A program made the position numbers and the translations under genes. Source: an uncultured virus (IMG/VR IMGVR_UViG_3300043777_000372) (Duplodnaviria; Heunggongvirae; Uroviricota; Caudoviricetes). From it: a stretch of DNA of 64,000 bases. Positions 28,872 through 38,881 of this stretch are shown in pieces; the stretch's first letter is position 1; every line of letters begins with the position of its first letter. Location: IMG/VR virus record IMGVR_UViG_3300043777_000372; one strand, given 5' to 3'. The notes below the pieces were generated by a model, which worked only from the letters and a program-made list of their open reading frames with translations, had not been told where the DNA came from and ran no database searches.

Positions 28872-29507
28872 ATGCCGCGTAGGAAACTGCCGCCCTTGCC
28901 GCCGCGCGATCGAGGCTCGAACGGACACAAGCCGCCTTCCGAGCACGCGGCCGCGCGGCAGGCGACCGTCGAACGGATCGCGATGACGGGACTGCTCAGC
29001 GGGGTCGCGTTCAACGGCCTGGTCCGGCAGCTGATGCTTCCCCCGCACAAGGACGACAAGGGCAACGAGGTCGGGGGCGCCAGCTGCACGCGCAGGGAGG
29101 CCGAGGAGGCGCTGCGGAAGACCGAGGCCGAGATCCGCGAGTCGATGACCGCGGACGCGCAGCGGGACATGGCGCTTTCGTTCCGCCGGGTCAAGAAGGC
29201 GGCCGAGAAGGCGTGGCGCGCCCAGCAAGCGGCGAGCGATCCGCGCATCGTTGCTCGGCTCACGACGGTCGTAGGGCAGATCGAGGAGCGGCTCGCGAAG
29301 ATGCGCGGGTGGGACGAGCCCGAACGGATGCACGTCGTCGTCACGACCCCCAACGACCAGCTGCGCAAGGTCCTCGAGGAGTTCGACGACGATCTCTTTG
29401 CGCGGATCGCGGCCGAGGAGCTCGAGCGCGAGCGGACCTTCACCGCGGCCAAGCAGGTCGTGCATCTTCTTCCCCAACGCGATCCCGACGATCCGCTCGA
29501 CTCGTGA
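28872..29507 (+). CDS. possible terminase small subunit
   Basis: Helical, with IEERLAKMRGWDEPER resembling a TerS C-terminus; upstream of TerL. Confidence 0.5.
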   Translation: MPRRKLPPLPPRDRGSNGHKPPSEHAAARQATVERIAMTGLLSGVAFNGLVRQLMLPPHKDDKGNEVGGASCTRREAEEALRKTEAEIRESMTADAQRDMALSFRRVKKAAEKAWRAQQAASDPRIVARLTTVVGQIEERLAKMRGWDEPERMHVVVTTPNDQLRKVLEEFDDDLFARIAAEELERERTFTAAKQVVHLLPQRDPDDPLDS

Positions 29508-29722
29508 CCACCCTGTTCGACCTCGATCATGAGCCCAGCCCCGAGGGTTCTCATCGGCTCGCCCGCATCGGGCGATCAGGCGGATTCGATGCGGGCGGAC
29601 TCCGTCGAGAGAAACCGTGTGCATCGTGCGGCGGGAAGGGGTACACGGACCCGATCGTAGGCGAGGAGTGTCCGGAGGAATGTTCGACATGCTGCGGGAC
29701 TGGTTGGAACCGGGCACCGTGA
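29504..29722 (+). CDS. small CxxCxGxG Zn-finger protein
   Basis: CASCGGKG...CSTCCGTG. Confidence 0.55.
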   Translation: MTTLFDLDHEPSPEGSHRLARIGRSGGFDAGGLRREKPCASCGGKGYTDPIVGEECPEECSTCCGTGWNRAP

Positions 29723-29913
29723 CGCGGGTGGTGCCGTCGTCGGTGTTCGCGGGCAAGTACCTCGTGTGCGTGCGCGAGCAGGCCGTCGTCGCGAGCTTGG
29801 CGGACCTGCGCCAGCTGCAGGCGGCTCTCGACGAGATGCTCGCCGTGCTGCCGCTGCCGACGTTCGAGGAGTTCGATTCGAAGGTGGACTTGTCGACGCT
29901 GGACGGGGAGTGA
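29719..29913 (+). CDS. hypothetical protein
   Basis: Coupled ORF. Confidence 0.55.
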   Translation: MTRVVPSSVFAGKYLVCVREQAVVASLADLRQLQAALDEMLAVLPLPTFEEFDSKVDLSTLDGE

Positions 29914-29917
29914 CGCC

Positions 29918-30304
29918 ATGGGACGGTTGCAGAAGCTCGCTGCGAAGGAGCGGCTCGAAGCGGGGGTCATCCCGATCCGCATCGGGCGAGAACGTGCACG
30001 CGACCGCAAGGCCCGCGAGCGCAAGCAAGGGATCCTCATTCCCGTGAAGAAGGGCGACAAGCCCGTCGGCAAGGGCGAGCTCCAGGCGGCGCTCGACCAG
30101 GCCCGAACCATCAAGCAGGAAGTCGAGATGGGCCTCCGCGCTCCGGTGCCCGTCGACCTCGAGGCCGAGCAGCTCGAGCCGCTGGGCGACGAGACCTTCG
30201 CCGCGCTGAAGGACGCGGCGCGTTCGGTCATGAACACGCGCTCGCGCGGGTTCGTCGATGCCCTATCGCTCGCGGCATCATCGGGGGATGACGAAACGAC
30301 GTGA
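29918..30304 (+). CDS. hypothetical protein
   Basis: GGGGAG RBS. Confidence 0.65.
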   Translation: MGRLQKLAAKERLEAGVIPIRIGRERARDRKARERKQGILIPVKKGDKPVGKGELQAALDQARTIKQEVEMGLRAPVPVDLEAEQLEPLGDETFAALKDAARSVMNTRSRGFVDALSLAASSGDDETT

Positions 30305-30310
30305 GCCCCG

Positions 30311-30853
30311 ATGAGCAGCATCGAGTTCACCGAGCACGACCTGGTCGTCACGGCGCTCGGCCATGAGGCGCTGTCGGGGGGCAACGAGCTCGCCGCGGCG
30401 ATCGCGAAGAGGCACCGAGTCGATCTGCGCGCGATGATGGGACCGAGCCGCCTTCACATCTACGCCGTCGCGAGAGCGGACCTGTACCACGAGCTCCGCG
30501 CCCGAGGCTGGAGCTACCCGGCGATCGGCCGGTTCGTCGGACACCGCGACCACACGACGATCATGGCGGCCGTCGGCGCCCTTCGCCGGAAGAACAGCAC
30601 GACAGAGCCCGACGTCTTCGAGCCGACGTGCCGCCATTGCCGCAGGACGGAGTCGGCCCACGTCCGGAAGGCGCTCAGCTCGGGAGTGTTCACCCAGGCG
30701 ATGTGCATCATCGGAGGACACTCGTTCGAAGCCGGAGGCCCCCGCGTGCGCATGCCGACCATCGCGCGCGCCCTGGAGATCACCCGGCGCAACATCCAGC
30801 AATCCAAGAAAGATGCGAGGGATCGAGATGGGACGAATCGGCGCGAAGCCTGA
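30311..30853 (+). CDS. DnaA C-terminal-like HTH protein
   Basis: ARADLYHELRARGWSYPAIGRFVGHRDHTTIMAAV. Confidence 0.8.
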   Translation: MSSIEFTEHDLVVTALGHEALSGGNELAAAIAKRHRVDLRAMMGPSRLHIYAVARADLYHELRARGWSYPAIGRFVGHRDHTTIMAAVGALRRKNSTTEPDVFEPTCRHCRRTESAHVRKALSSGVFTQAMCIIGGHSFEAGGPRVRMPTIARALEITRRNIQQSKKDARDRDGTNRREA

Positions 30854-31451
30854 GCCCCGCACGAAGGTGCACGTGTGCGGGTTGTGCAATGCGATCTGGG
30901 AAGGACCGCGGCCGCCCCCGATGTGCCCGGGATGCAAGGCCACGGGGCAATGGGCCCCCGCGGAAGTCGGAAAGCAGGAAGGATTCGTGGGAGGACGCAT
31001 GTTCGTGCCCGGGACCGACAAGCCGATGACTCGCATCTTCCTGTGCAACGCGTGCACGAAGATGCACACGACCCGCCAAGGAGCCGATCCCCCCAGCGAG
31101 TGCCCGCACTGCCACGTGACCCAGGAGTCGCTCGACGAAGGAGCCGAGCTCTGGATCGAGTCCAAACCCCAACCGAAGAAGCCCGCCCCCCCGCCGGCGC
31201 CGCCCGCCCTCCCTCAGTTCATCCGAAAGACCGAACGAGCCCCCGTCCAAAGTGAGGTCGACCTCATCCCGCAAACCCCTCCCGACGACCCCTTCAGCCG
31301 GGTGCAATCGGACGACGACTACCGGCACGAATGGATCGCCGCTCGGGTGGCGGCGATGGTCGACGCGGGCAAACCCCTACCCGGCGCGGCGATGTGGGAG
31401 GACGTCGAGAATCTCTACGACGAAGGCAAACGACGCGGACACCTCCCGTGA
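30828..31451 (+). CDS. double Zn-ribbon protein
   Basis: CGLC..CPGC, CNAC..CPHC. Confidence 0.65.
   Translation: MGRIGAKPEPRTKVHVCGLCNAIWEGPRPPPMCPGCKATGQWAPAEVGKQEGFVGGRMFVPGTDKPMTRIFLCNACTKMHTTRQGADPPSECPHCHVTQESLDEGAELWIESKPQPKKPAPPPAPPALPQFIRKTERAPVQSEVDLIPQTPPDDPFSRVQSDDDYRHEWIAARVAAMVDAGKPLPGAAMWEDVENLYDEGKRRGHLP
31249..31270. promoter_or_regulatory. palindrome copy 8 (18-bp match, in CDS)
   Basis: AAAGTGAGGTCGACCTCA reads SEVDLI. Confidence 0.75.
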
Positions 31452-31657
31452 CCCTCCGACGCCCCGGCTCCAAGCGGAAGCGCCCGCCGAACGTCGCATG
31501 GCTCGACTACGCTCGATTCACGTTCATCGAGGACGAACGCCAACGCAACGACCCGTTCGAACGCATGAAGAGGACCGTACAAGCGATCGTCAACACCCAA
31601 CGATGCACGCGAAGCTTCCACGACGTGCTCTTTCCGAATCTCCCCTATCGCCCGTGA
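31448..31657 (+). CDS. hypothetical protein
   Basis: GTGA-coupled ORF. Confidence 0.5.
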   Translation: MTLRRPGSKRKRPPNVAWLDYARFTFIEDERQRNDPFERMKRTVQAIVNTQRCTRSFHDVLFPNLPYRP

Positions 31658-32241
31658 CCCTCCTGAAGATTCTCGCGATGCTCCAAGAACCCATCACCCT
31701 CGCCCTCGTCCGGCGAACCGACCACCGACTCCTCACGCTGCAAGGAATTCAGAAAGTCGATCTGCCCGCAGCGCGACCCCTTTTTGGCGATGATCCGCGC
31801 GTCTCTTTGAGCGCAAAACTCGCGACGCTGAACGTCCACGCACACGCCGCTCGGCTCCAGCTTCGGTGGCAAGGAGCGACGCAATGGCTCGGAGCGATCC
31901 GACCCATCACCGCGTACGAAGCGGTCGTATGGTCGGGCACTCCGACCGACGAGTGTTCGTGGTCGACGGAGGAGGAGATCGGTCGCGGTCAGCGGGCGGA
32001 GGTGTACCGGAGGATCTTCCAGCGCATCCGGGAACGAGCGGCGGTCGTCGACGAGGGGGCGGGCGACGCGCGCGAGCTCGCTCTGGTGAAGCCCGCGGCG
32101 GCGCAGTGTCCTCGATGCAAAGGGACGCTCAAGCTGCGGGTGCGGAAGCCGGGGCAGGAGCCGAGGTTTGATTGTCGGTTGTGCGTGACGTCGTGGGCGC
32201 TTCGTCAGGGGACGTTGCAGCGGATAGCCTCGCTGCCATGA
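31654..32241 (+). CDS. hypothetical protein with C-terminal Zn ribbon
   Basis: CPRC...CRLC. Confidence 0.6.
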   Translation: MTLLKILAMLQEPITLALVRRTDHRLLTLQGIQKVDLPAARPLFGDDPRVSLSAKLATLNVHAHAARLQLRWQGATQWLGAIRPITAYEAVVWSGTPTDECSWSTEEEIGRGQRAEVYRRIFQRIRERAAVVDEGAGDARELALVKPAAAQCPRCKGTLKLRVRKPGQEPRFDCRLCVTSWALRQGTLQRIASLP

Positions 32242-32510
32242 GGGTTGGTCTACACGCCTCGATGTACGCGTTCGCCGGTGGGGTCGTGCCGGCCGGACCG
32301 ATGACCGAGCAGGAGCTCGGGATCGCGAACGCCTTGTCGGTTCACTTCGGGATGCCGCTTGAGGAACTGCACGTGGTGACGGACGGTGGGGAGGCGCGGG
32401 CGTGGTGGTGGAGCGCGCGAGGACGAGTGCACGTGCTGTACGCGTACGGTCGCGCGCTGCGGGGCGGTGGAGCCGACCTGCGATCGCCCGAGTCGGCCGC
32501 GGCATCCTGA
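32238..32510 (+). CDS. hypothetical protein
   Basis: ATGA-coupled ORF. Confidence 0.55.
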   Translation: MRVGLHASMYAFAGGVVPAGPMTEQELGIANALSVHFGMPLEELHVVTDGGEARAWWWSARGRVHVLYAYGRALRGGGADLRSPESAAAS

Positions 32511-32568
32511 AGGCATGCCGACGAAGGAATTGAATCAGGATGACATGGACAAGGACGTGCGCGCGACG

Positions 32569-32590
32569 AAAGTGAGGTCGACCTCACTTT
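32569..32590. promoter_or_regulatory. palindrome copy 9 (perfect, extends to 28 bp)
   Basis: ACG-22mer-CGT, upstream of TerL. Confidence 0.9.
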
Positions 32591-32622
32591 CGTGACACCC
32601 TCCGGGATCGGAGGAAGGACGA

Positions 32623-34434
32623 TTGCAACGAGAGGCCCGGTGCAAGGGCTGCGGGGGACCTTTATCGGTCCTCGATGCGGGGTGGTGTGCGAAGCGCGCG
32701 TGCCGCGACCAAGCCGCCAACCTGGCGTTGGCGAAGGTGCGCGCGATGTCCCCGGACGAGCGGGCCAACCTCGCCGCGAAGGCGCTCGTCGCCAAGGCCA
32801 AGCGCGCCTACGACGACCCGGTGCCGTTCTTCGAGCTCGTCCTGCGCGACGAGTCGACGCAGAAACCCGTCAAGGTCCCCGCTCACCAGAAGGTCATCCT
32901 GTCGTTCGTCAACCATCCGGCGCACGACAAGAGCGTCCTCATCCTCGCGGTCGGTCACGGCAAGACCACCACGTGCACCGGGCTCGGCCTTTGGATGCTC
33001 GGGCGCAATCCGCGCATGCGCGGGCTGTTCGTGAGCGCGACCCAACAACAAGCGAAGAAGCCGCTCGTCCTTTTGCGGCAGCTCATCGAGTCCAGCGAGG
33101 CGCTGCGCTTGGTGATGCCGAAGCTCATCCCGTCTCGGCGTCCGGGCGAGCCGTGGAGCGACACGGCGATCACCGTCGACCGTCCGCTCGGAATCCGCGA
33201 CCCGTCCTTCGTGGCCATGGGCATCGACAGCGAGTCGATGCCCGGGTCCCGCATCGACTACGTGATCGTGGACGACCTTTTGAACCTCGAGAACACGTCA
33301 ACTCCCGAGCAGCGGCAGGCGACGTACGACAAGTTCTTCGGGCAGGTGACGAACCGGCTCGAGCCGAAGAAGTCGAGCCGGCTCATCGTCATCAACACGA
33401 CGTGGCATCCGCAGGACTACGTGAACCGCATCGCGAAGTTCATGCCCACCTTGCGCATGAGCGCCGCCGGCGACGTGTGGGTCGCGAACGAGGACAAGCA
33501 CTGGGAGTGCCCCGAGCTCGTGAGCACGGGGGTCATCGAGAACGACGGGTCGATGAAGTGCCGGCTCGTCGAGCGCGACGAGGGCGAGACGCTGTGGCCG
33601 GACCGCTACGACAAGGAGCAGCTCGAAAAGGAACGGACGAACTACCAGCACGCACCGGGCATGTTCAATCGGCTGTTTCTGTCCGATCCGAACGACGACA
33701 CGACCGCCCTTTGCAAAAAGGAGTTCGTCGAGCGGTGCAAGAAGCAGGCGATCGAGCTCAAGGTCTTCGGACTCGTGCCGATGTTCGACGAGCAGTCGAT
33801 GGGCGGGTGGTGGACGTTCACGGGGGTGGACCTCGCGGTCACTCCGGACAAGAAGGGCGGGCAGACGGCGTTCTTTACGTTCGCGGTGCGGGGCGAGGAC
33901 TGGGTGACCCGCATGCAGATGCAGGCGATCGGGCCACCGAAGCCGGAGAAGGTGCGGGTCGAGGGGTTGTGCCAGATCCTCGACATCGACATCGGCAACT
34001 GGGACGCGATGACGATCATCACGAAGCTGCTCGACAAGATCCGCTTGTACAAGTCGTTCGCCGCGGTCGAGAACAACGCGACCCAGGAGTTTCTCATCCA
34101 GATCGCTCGCTCCATGGCGAAGGACCTTCCCATCCGGTCGCACAACACGACGGCGCAGGGGAAGGCGCACCCGTGGCAAGGGGTCATCGGAATCTTCTAC
34201 GAGATGGCCGAAGGGCGGTGGCTCATCCCGACGACCCAGGAGGGGCGCGTGCACCGGAACGTGGATCGGTTCGCCGAGGCGTGCACGGGCTACTCGCCGA
34301 CCCGGCACACGGCGGATGTGCTCATGGCGTCGTTCATCGCTCGCTCGTTGGCGATGAAGCTCGGCGCCTTGTCGATGGGACCGTCGAGCATGGCGGGCGA
34401 GCTTTCGGTCGGGCAGCGCGTGATGCGGAGGTGA
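32623..34434 (+). CDS. terL: terminase large subunit
   Basis: VGHGKTT, YVIVDDL, INTTWHPQD, LWPDRY, TGVDLAV, VENN, HTADVLMA. Confidence 0.9.
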   Translation: MQREARCKGCGGPLSVLDAGWCAKRACRDQAANLALAKVRAMSPDERANLAAKALVAKAKRAYDDPVPFFELVLRDESTQKPVKVPAHQKVILSFVNHPAHDKSVLILAVGHGKTTTCTGLGLWMLGRNPRMRGLFVSATQQQAKKPLVLLRQLIESSEALRLVMPKLIPSRRPGEPWSDTAITVDRPLGIRDPSFVAMGIDSESMPGSRIDYVIVDDLLNLENTSTPEQRQATYDKFFGQVTNRLEPKKSSRLIVINTTWHPQDYVNRIAKFMPTLRMSAAGDVWVANEDKHWECPELVSTGVIENDGSMKCRLVERDEGETLWPDRYDKEQLEKERTNYQHAPGMFNRLFLSDPNDDTTALCKKEFVERCKKQAIELKVFGLVPMFDEQSMGGWWTFTGVDLAVTPDKKGGQTAFFTFAVRGEDWVTRMQMQAIGPPKPEKVRVEGLCQILDIDIGNWDAMTIITKLLDKIRLYKSFAAVENNATQEFLIQIARSMAKDLPIRSHNTTAQGKAHPWQGVIGIFYEMAEGRWLIPTTQEGRVHRNVDRFAEACTGYSPTRHTADVLMASFIARSLAMKLGALSMGPSSMAGELSVGQRVMRR

Positions 34435-34437
34435 TCG

Positions 34438-34623
34438 ATGCCTGAGGACGACAAGAGCCCGCAGGAGCTCATCGAGGAACTGCGCAAGCGAGTGGACGCG
34501 CTCGAGCGCAAGGACCGCACGGCGAGCCATGCGTGGGCCCAGCGGAAGCTCGACGAGGCGGTCGAGGTCGAGGCGACCCTGAAGCGGCTGTACGGCAAAG
34601 GCCGGCGACGGCTGATGTTCTGA
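34438..34623 (+). CDS. small hypothetical protein
   Basis: GGAGGT RBS. Confidence 0.6.
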   Translation: MPEDDKSPQELIEELRKRVDALERKDRTASHAWAQRKLDEAVEVEATLKRLYGKGRRRLMF

Positions 34624-34644
34624 AAGTGAGGTCGACCTCACTTT
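34623..34644. promoter_or_regulatory. palindrome copy 10 (perfect)
   Basis: Exact 22-mer overlapping the stop codon. Confidence 0.9.
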
Positions 34645-34678
34645 GCTCGGGCGCCATGTACGCGCGTAGGTTCCCCAC

Positions 34679-35410
34679 GTGGCCAAGTGGATCCTGCTGA
34701 ACGAAGTCTTCGTCGGTGTCACCCGGTTTTTCCCCGGTACGATCATCGACGACGCCGTCCAACCCCTTGCGCCGATCCAAGCCGTCGGCGGGCAGTTCTG
34801 GCCGGGCAGCGACCCGGTCGTCCTCGCCGCGGCGCAGCTCGCCCAACAGCTGAAGGCGCGAGGCCAGGGGCAGGCGTCGCCGCTCAGCGACATGGTGCAC
34901 GCCGGCGCGCTCGCGTCGCTCCTCGACACTGACCAGCCTCTTTCGAATCCGACAGTCGACGGGCTGTCGTCGTTTCTGCCCGGGACCGTGGCTCCTGCTC
35001 AGGAGGCGCGCACCAAGACGGCGATCTACACCGCGCAGACGACGGCCGCGTCGCACACGAGCATCCAGGTCGGTCCGAACATCCCGCTTCCGGGCACCGC
35101 CGGCGCTCCGTGCACGCAGGGGCAGTTCGACCTCGACGTCGAGCTCTCGATGGTCTCGACGACCACGGCGGTCGGTGCTCGGTTCAAGATGTCGTGGAGC
35201 TGGGCGGTCGTGACCCCAGGCTCGCCGGTCGCGATGGGTGCGTTGCTCACGTCGTTGCAGATCGGGACGAACGCGGGGGCGCCGCCTTCGGGGTGGTCGG
35301 CCGCGTTGCAGCTCGACGGGACGAGCAAGTTCGCCCAGGTCATTGTGACGGGCGATGCGAGCCTCACGGTCGACGTGAAGGCGCTGACGCAGTGGGGCTA
35401 CCTGTTCTGA
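34679..35410 (+). CDS. putative virion protein (N-terminus paralogous to 55328)
   Basis: MAKWILLNEV...; TAGGTT 6 nt before the GTG. Confidence 0.75.
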   Translation: MAKWILLNEVFVGVTRFFPGTIIDDAVQPLAPIQAVGGQFWPGSDPVVLAAAQLAQQLKARGQGQASPLSDMVHAGALASLLDTDQPLSNPTVDGLSSFLPGTVAPAQEARTKTAIYTAQTTAASHTSIQVGPNIPLPGTAGAPCTQGQFDLDVELSMVSTTTAVGARFKMSWSWAVVTPGSPVAMGALLTSLQIGTNAGAPPSGWSAALQLDGTSKFAQVIVTGDASLTVDVKALTQWGYLF

Positions 35411-35411
35411 G

Positions 35412-36173
35412 ATGGCTCCCCCTGTAGGACTCGGCTCACGGCTCATCGGTCCGGACGCGATTCCGTTCGTCCCGACCGACCTGGCCACGCTCGCGTGGTG
35501 GTTGCGCGCTGACCTCGGGCAGACGCCGTCGGGTGGACCGCTTTCGGGGTGGGCGGACCAGAGCGGCGTCGGCGACGTCAACGAGAACGCCTCACAGGCG
35601 ACGTCGGGCAGCCGCCCAACGGTCATCGCCAGCGACAGTGCGTGGAACCATCGGACGTCGCTGGCTCTCGCGAGCGCGAGCAATCAGTTCATGTCGACGG
35701 GCTTCTTCCACACGGCCCCTCCGGTCACGACTTCGGGCATCACGGTGTTCGTCGTCGGCAACACGGACGGCACCAGCTCCGCGCAGGTGTTCATCGATGA
35801 CTTCAACGCGTTCGCGACAATGATGCTGAGCAACGGATCGAGCGCGTCGGAGATCAGCCTCAACTGCGGGGCTGCGTTGTCGGCGACCATCGGCGCGGGC
35901 GCCCTCGCGGGCCCGAGCATCATGGCGTTCCAGTACAAAGCGGGCGCGTCGACGAACAAGCTGTACTGGAACGCGAAGACCCCCGTAGCGACTGGCTCGT
36001 GCGGCAGCGGGCAGCCGTCGTCGTTTGCGATCGGGTCGACGACGGGCGGCGCGCAATCGTTGAACGGCAAGGTGCTCGAGTACGCGATGTTCAAGGCGCT
36101 GCTCGACAGCGCCGACATGAACTCGATGTGGGGCTACCTCGGGTCCCGGTACAACGTGTCGATCGGCGCGTGA
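35412..36173 (+). CDS. LamG/concanavalin-like virion protein
   Basis: LAWWLRAD, WADQSG, LNGKVLEYAMF, YLGSRYN. Confidence 0.75.
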   Translation: MAPPVGLGSRLIGPDAIPFVPTDLATLAWWLRADLGQTPSGGPLSGWADQSGVGDVNENASQATSGSRPTVIASDSAWNHRTSLALASASNQFMSTGFFHTAPPVTTSGITVFVVGNTDGTSSAQVFIDDFNAFATMMLSNGSSASEISLNCGAALSATIGAGALAGPSIMAFQYKAGASTNKLYWNAKTPVATGSCGSGQPSSFAIGSTTGGAQSLNGKVLEYAMFKALLDSADMNSMWGYLGSRYNVSIGA

Positions 36174-36176
36174 CCG

Positions 36177-36198
36177 AAAGTGAGGTCGACCTCACTTT
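36177..36198. promoter_or_regulatory. palindrome copy 11 (perfect), then TAGGCT -10
   Basis: Gap of 5 nt, TAGGCT, 7 nt, ATG. Confidence 0.9.
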
Positions 36199-36216
36199 CC
36201 GCGTAGGCTCTTCGCC

Positions 36217-36720
36217 ATGGGCTTCCGCGACGACGATGACGAGTTGTGCCGGCCGGAGATCGTTCGGCGCAAAGGCTTCCGCGGTGACACGCTCGTCTTC
36301 CAGGTGCAGTTCTTCCAGCCGGGGGTGCAAACGCTCGCGCCGTTCCTCCAGCGCTACCGGCGGGACGGCGCGCCTTCGACCGTGGCGATGCAGGCGGCGA
36401 CGCCGTCGGGCAACCCGCAGAACATCACGGGATGGTTCATCGCGTGTTTGCTCAAGTACCAAACGGCCGACCAGGACAATCAGGCGGTCGCGACCAGCAA
36501 GACGACCGGAGTGGCGCCGAACATCATCACGATCGTGAACGCGGCCGCGGGCATCGCCCAGGTGCAGTTCGGTCCGTTGAACACGATCGCGCTCGCGGAC
36601 GGCCCGATCCGGCTCGTGTACGACGTCCAGGGCATCGACCCGTCGGGCAACGTGTACACGGGGGAGCACGGTGAGTACCTGGTGTTCCCCGACGTGACGC
36701 GGGCCACCGCGCCCTTTTGA
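36217..36720 (+). CDS. BppU-like beta-sandwich virion protein
   Basis: RGDT, NITGW, AAGIAQV, YDVQ, PDVTR. Confidence 0.65.
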   Translation: MGFRDDDDELCRPEIVRRKGFRGDTLVFQVQFFQPGVQTLAPFLQRYRRDGAPSTVAMQAATPSGNPQNITGWFIACLLKYQTADQDNQAVATSKTTGVAPNIITIVNAAAGIAQVQFGPLNTIALADGPIRLVYDVQGIDPSGNVYTGEHGEYLVFPDVTRATAPF

Positions 36721-36810
36721 CCCTCCCGCGGGGGATTGGACCCCCTCGGGGTGAAAACGCGTCCACGGGGCGCGTGGACCAGGCGTTAGGGTCTGCCGTA
36801 CCGTCGCCCC

Positions 36811-37416
36811 ATGGTGTTCACGACGGTCGGCAGGGAGCTTTCGGTAGGGGCGGATCCCGAGCCCGCGGCATGTGCGTCGTTCGGGCTCGTCGTGCTTGCG
36901 GCCAAGGAGCACCAGCACGTCGGCGAGCGGTTCCCGGACGGCGTCACCGTGAAGCGGGTCCCGCTGACCGACGACTACGAGGAGCCGAGCATCGACGACA
37001 TCAAGCGGGCGACGGCGGCCGCCGAGTTCATCGCGTACACGATGAGTCCGTTCACCGTGTCGTTCGACATCTGGAAGAAGTACGCGCCGAAGCCATTGTT
37101 CGGGGGGAGTCCAGACGCCGACCCGCTCGAGCGCATCAAGCCGCAGAAGGTCCTCGTGACGTGCGAGGCGGGGGAGAACCGTTCGCTCTGGCTCGCAGGC
37201 ATGGCGCTCGTCCTCGCCGGCGAGTGCGACGACGGCGAGTGCTGCCGCAAGTACTTGCAGGACCTCCGGGGAGATCGCGCATTCGCGAACGTTCACATGC
37301 GCAAATTGCTTGACCGGTTCATGCCGAAGGAGCTCAAGGCGCTGCGTAGTCCGTCGGTGTCCTTGATGAAGGCCGACACGTCCGGCACGACCGAGGGTGG
37401 ATTCTCGGTGAAGTGA
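36811..37416 (+). CDS. dual-specificity/tyrosine phosphatase-like protein
   Basis: PLTDD loop and KVLVTCEAGENRS (CX5R-S). Confidence 0.75.
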   Translation: MVFTTVGRELSVGADPEPAACASFGLVVLAAKEHQHVGERFPDGVTVKRVPLTDDYEEPSIDDIKRATAAAEFIAYTMSPFTVSFDIWKKYAPKPLFGGSPDADPLERIKPQKVLVTCEAGENRSLWLAGMALVLAGECDDGECCRKYLQDLRGDRAFANVHMRKLLDRFMPKELKALRSPSVSLMKADTSGTTEGGFSVK

Positions 37417-37742
37417 GCAAGCTCAACCACATCACGACGCACGACGGGGTGCACTACGGCTACGGGTTCTGGTGCCCGGGCTGCAAGGACGTCCACGTCA
37501 TCACGACGCAACCGTACCCGGGCGGATGGACGTTCAACGGCAACGAGGAGAGCCCGACGTTTGGACCGAGCATCCACGTGCACCAAGTGAAACGGGAAGA
37601 CGGCACGGTGTTCTCGCCGGCGTGTCATTCGTTCGTGGAGAACGGGCGCATCCGGTATCTCGGCGACTGCGGACACGAGCTCGCGAATCAGGTGGTAGAC
37701 CTTCTCGACTGGAAGGGTTGGAACGCGGAGGATTACGCATGA
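37413..37742 (+). CDS. DUF6527-like Zn-binding protein
   Basis: WCPGC..H, WTFNG..PTF.PSI, CHSFVENGRI.YLGDC.H. Confidence 0.65.
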   Translation: MSKLNHITTHDGVHYGYGFWCPGCKDVHVITTQPYPGGWTFNGNEESPTFGPSIHVHQVKREDGTVFSPACHSFVENGRIRYLGDCGHELANQVVDLLDWKGWNAEDYA

Positions 37743-38131
37743 TCACCCAGGCCGACCTTGTCGCTCGCGCGGACGGCGGGCAGTTCGTGCTGACTCAGGC
37801 CGTGAACACGTCGATGACGACGGGGCCGCAGTTCCCGGGCGGGACGCATCCGCTGCAGCGGCTCGTTCCGCACGGCAGCGCGAACCGCACGGCGATCACG
37901 TGGAGCGCGGTGTATCGGCAGTGGCAGCTCCGGGGCAACACGCTCGTCGTGGACACCGCCGTCGCGGCGAGCTTCCTCCAGCTCGTGCTGAACGAGGCGA
38001 GCTCGCAGATGGATTGCGTCGACCTGCGGCTCAACCTCGTGAACGTTCCGCCGAACGCGACGCGCGCGTCATCGCCGACGGTCGGGATGCCCCAGTTCAT
38101 TCCGGGGCTTACGCCGTCGGGCGGCACGTGA
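37739..38131 (+). CDS. hypothetical protein
   Basis: GGAGG RBS, ATGA overlap. Confidence 0.65.
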   Translation: MITQADLVARADGGQFVLTQAVNTSMTTGPQFPGGTHPLQRLVPHGSANRTAITWSAVYRQWQLRGNTLVVDTAVAASFLQLVLNEASSQMDCVDLRLNLVNVPPNATRASSPTVGMPQFIPGLTPSGGT

Positions 38132-38193
38132 GCTAACGCAGCGCAAACGTTGCACTTGACCCGAGCTCAACCGGTCCGCGCATACTGCGCGGC

Positions 38194-38856
38194 ATGGGGA
38201 CCATCATCCTCGACCCGGGAACGACTCCGGGCGCACTCGCTCTCGCGTAGGTCATCTGGAACTCGCTCACGGGGGTGTCGATTCAGACGGGAGGGCAGGC
38301 GGCGACGTGGCCGTTTGCGCCCGACTCCTACGACTTCTCGACGCAGGGCGCGTGCACGATCACGATCACGGGGGACACCGGCGTCGCGATGTTCAAGTTC
38401 GCCGGTCCGAAGTCACCGACGATTCGTGGAACGATCGACCTCACTGCGTTGGAGGCTCAATTGAGTGGCTCACCGAATTACCTGGACTACGACAGCCCGA
38501 GCCAGCTCGGACCCGCCACCTCGGTCATGCTCACCAGCCCGAACTTCACGCGGCAGAAGAGCGGCATCGTGTTCTTGACGGCCCAGTTCGACGGCACGCT
38601 CGCATCGCAGGCGAATTTCCAGGCGGCGCTCTACCGCGACTACGGGACGCCGGGGCAGGTGAACCTGAACCAGCTGGCCAACACGCCTGGCGGCCTGGGC
38701 GGGACGCCCTACGCCTCGGGGCACATCCACGACACCGACGTCCTGCCCGACAACAACCCGCACACCTACACCATCATCGTGTCGAGCACGGCCGACCTCA
38801 CGATCGCCGCGGGTGCCGCCAACATCATCGTGTTCGAGCAGGGCGGACCGGGCTGA
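38194..38856 (+). CDS. putative virion protein with an in-frame TAG at 38248-38250
   Basis: CATACT, 7 nt, ATG 38194, in frame with ORF 38275..38856 across a single TAG. Confidence 0.55.
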
Positions 38857-38881
38857 CGCGCTTTCGCGGTATCATCCGTCG

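Noticed and set aside
38248..38250. Genome-wide TAG reassignment
   Set aside because: Many genes end cleanly in TAG (portal, capsid, 15445, 55075); only one in-frame case was seen
38435..38445. Extra palindrome copy (TCGACCTCACT)
   Set aside because: Half-site only, inside a CDS; plausible by chance
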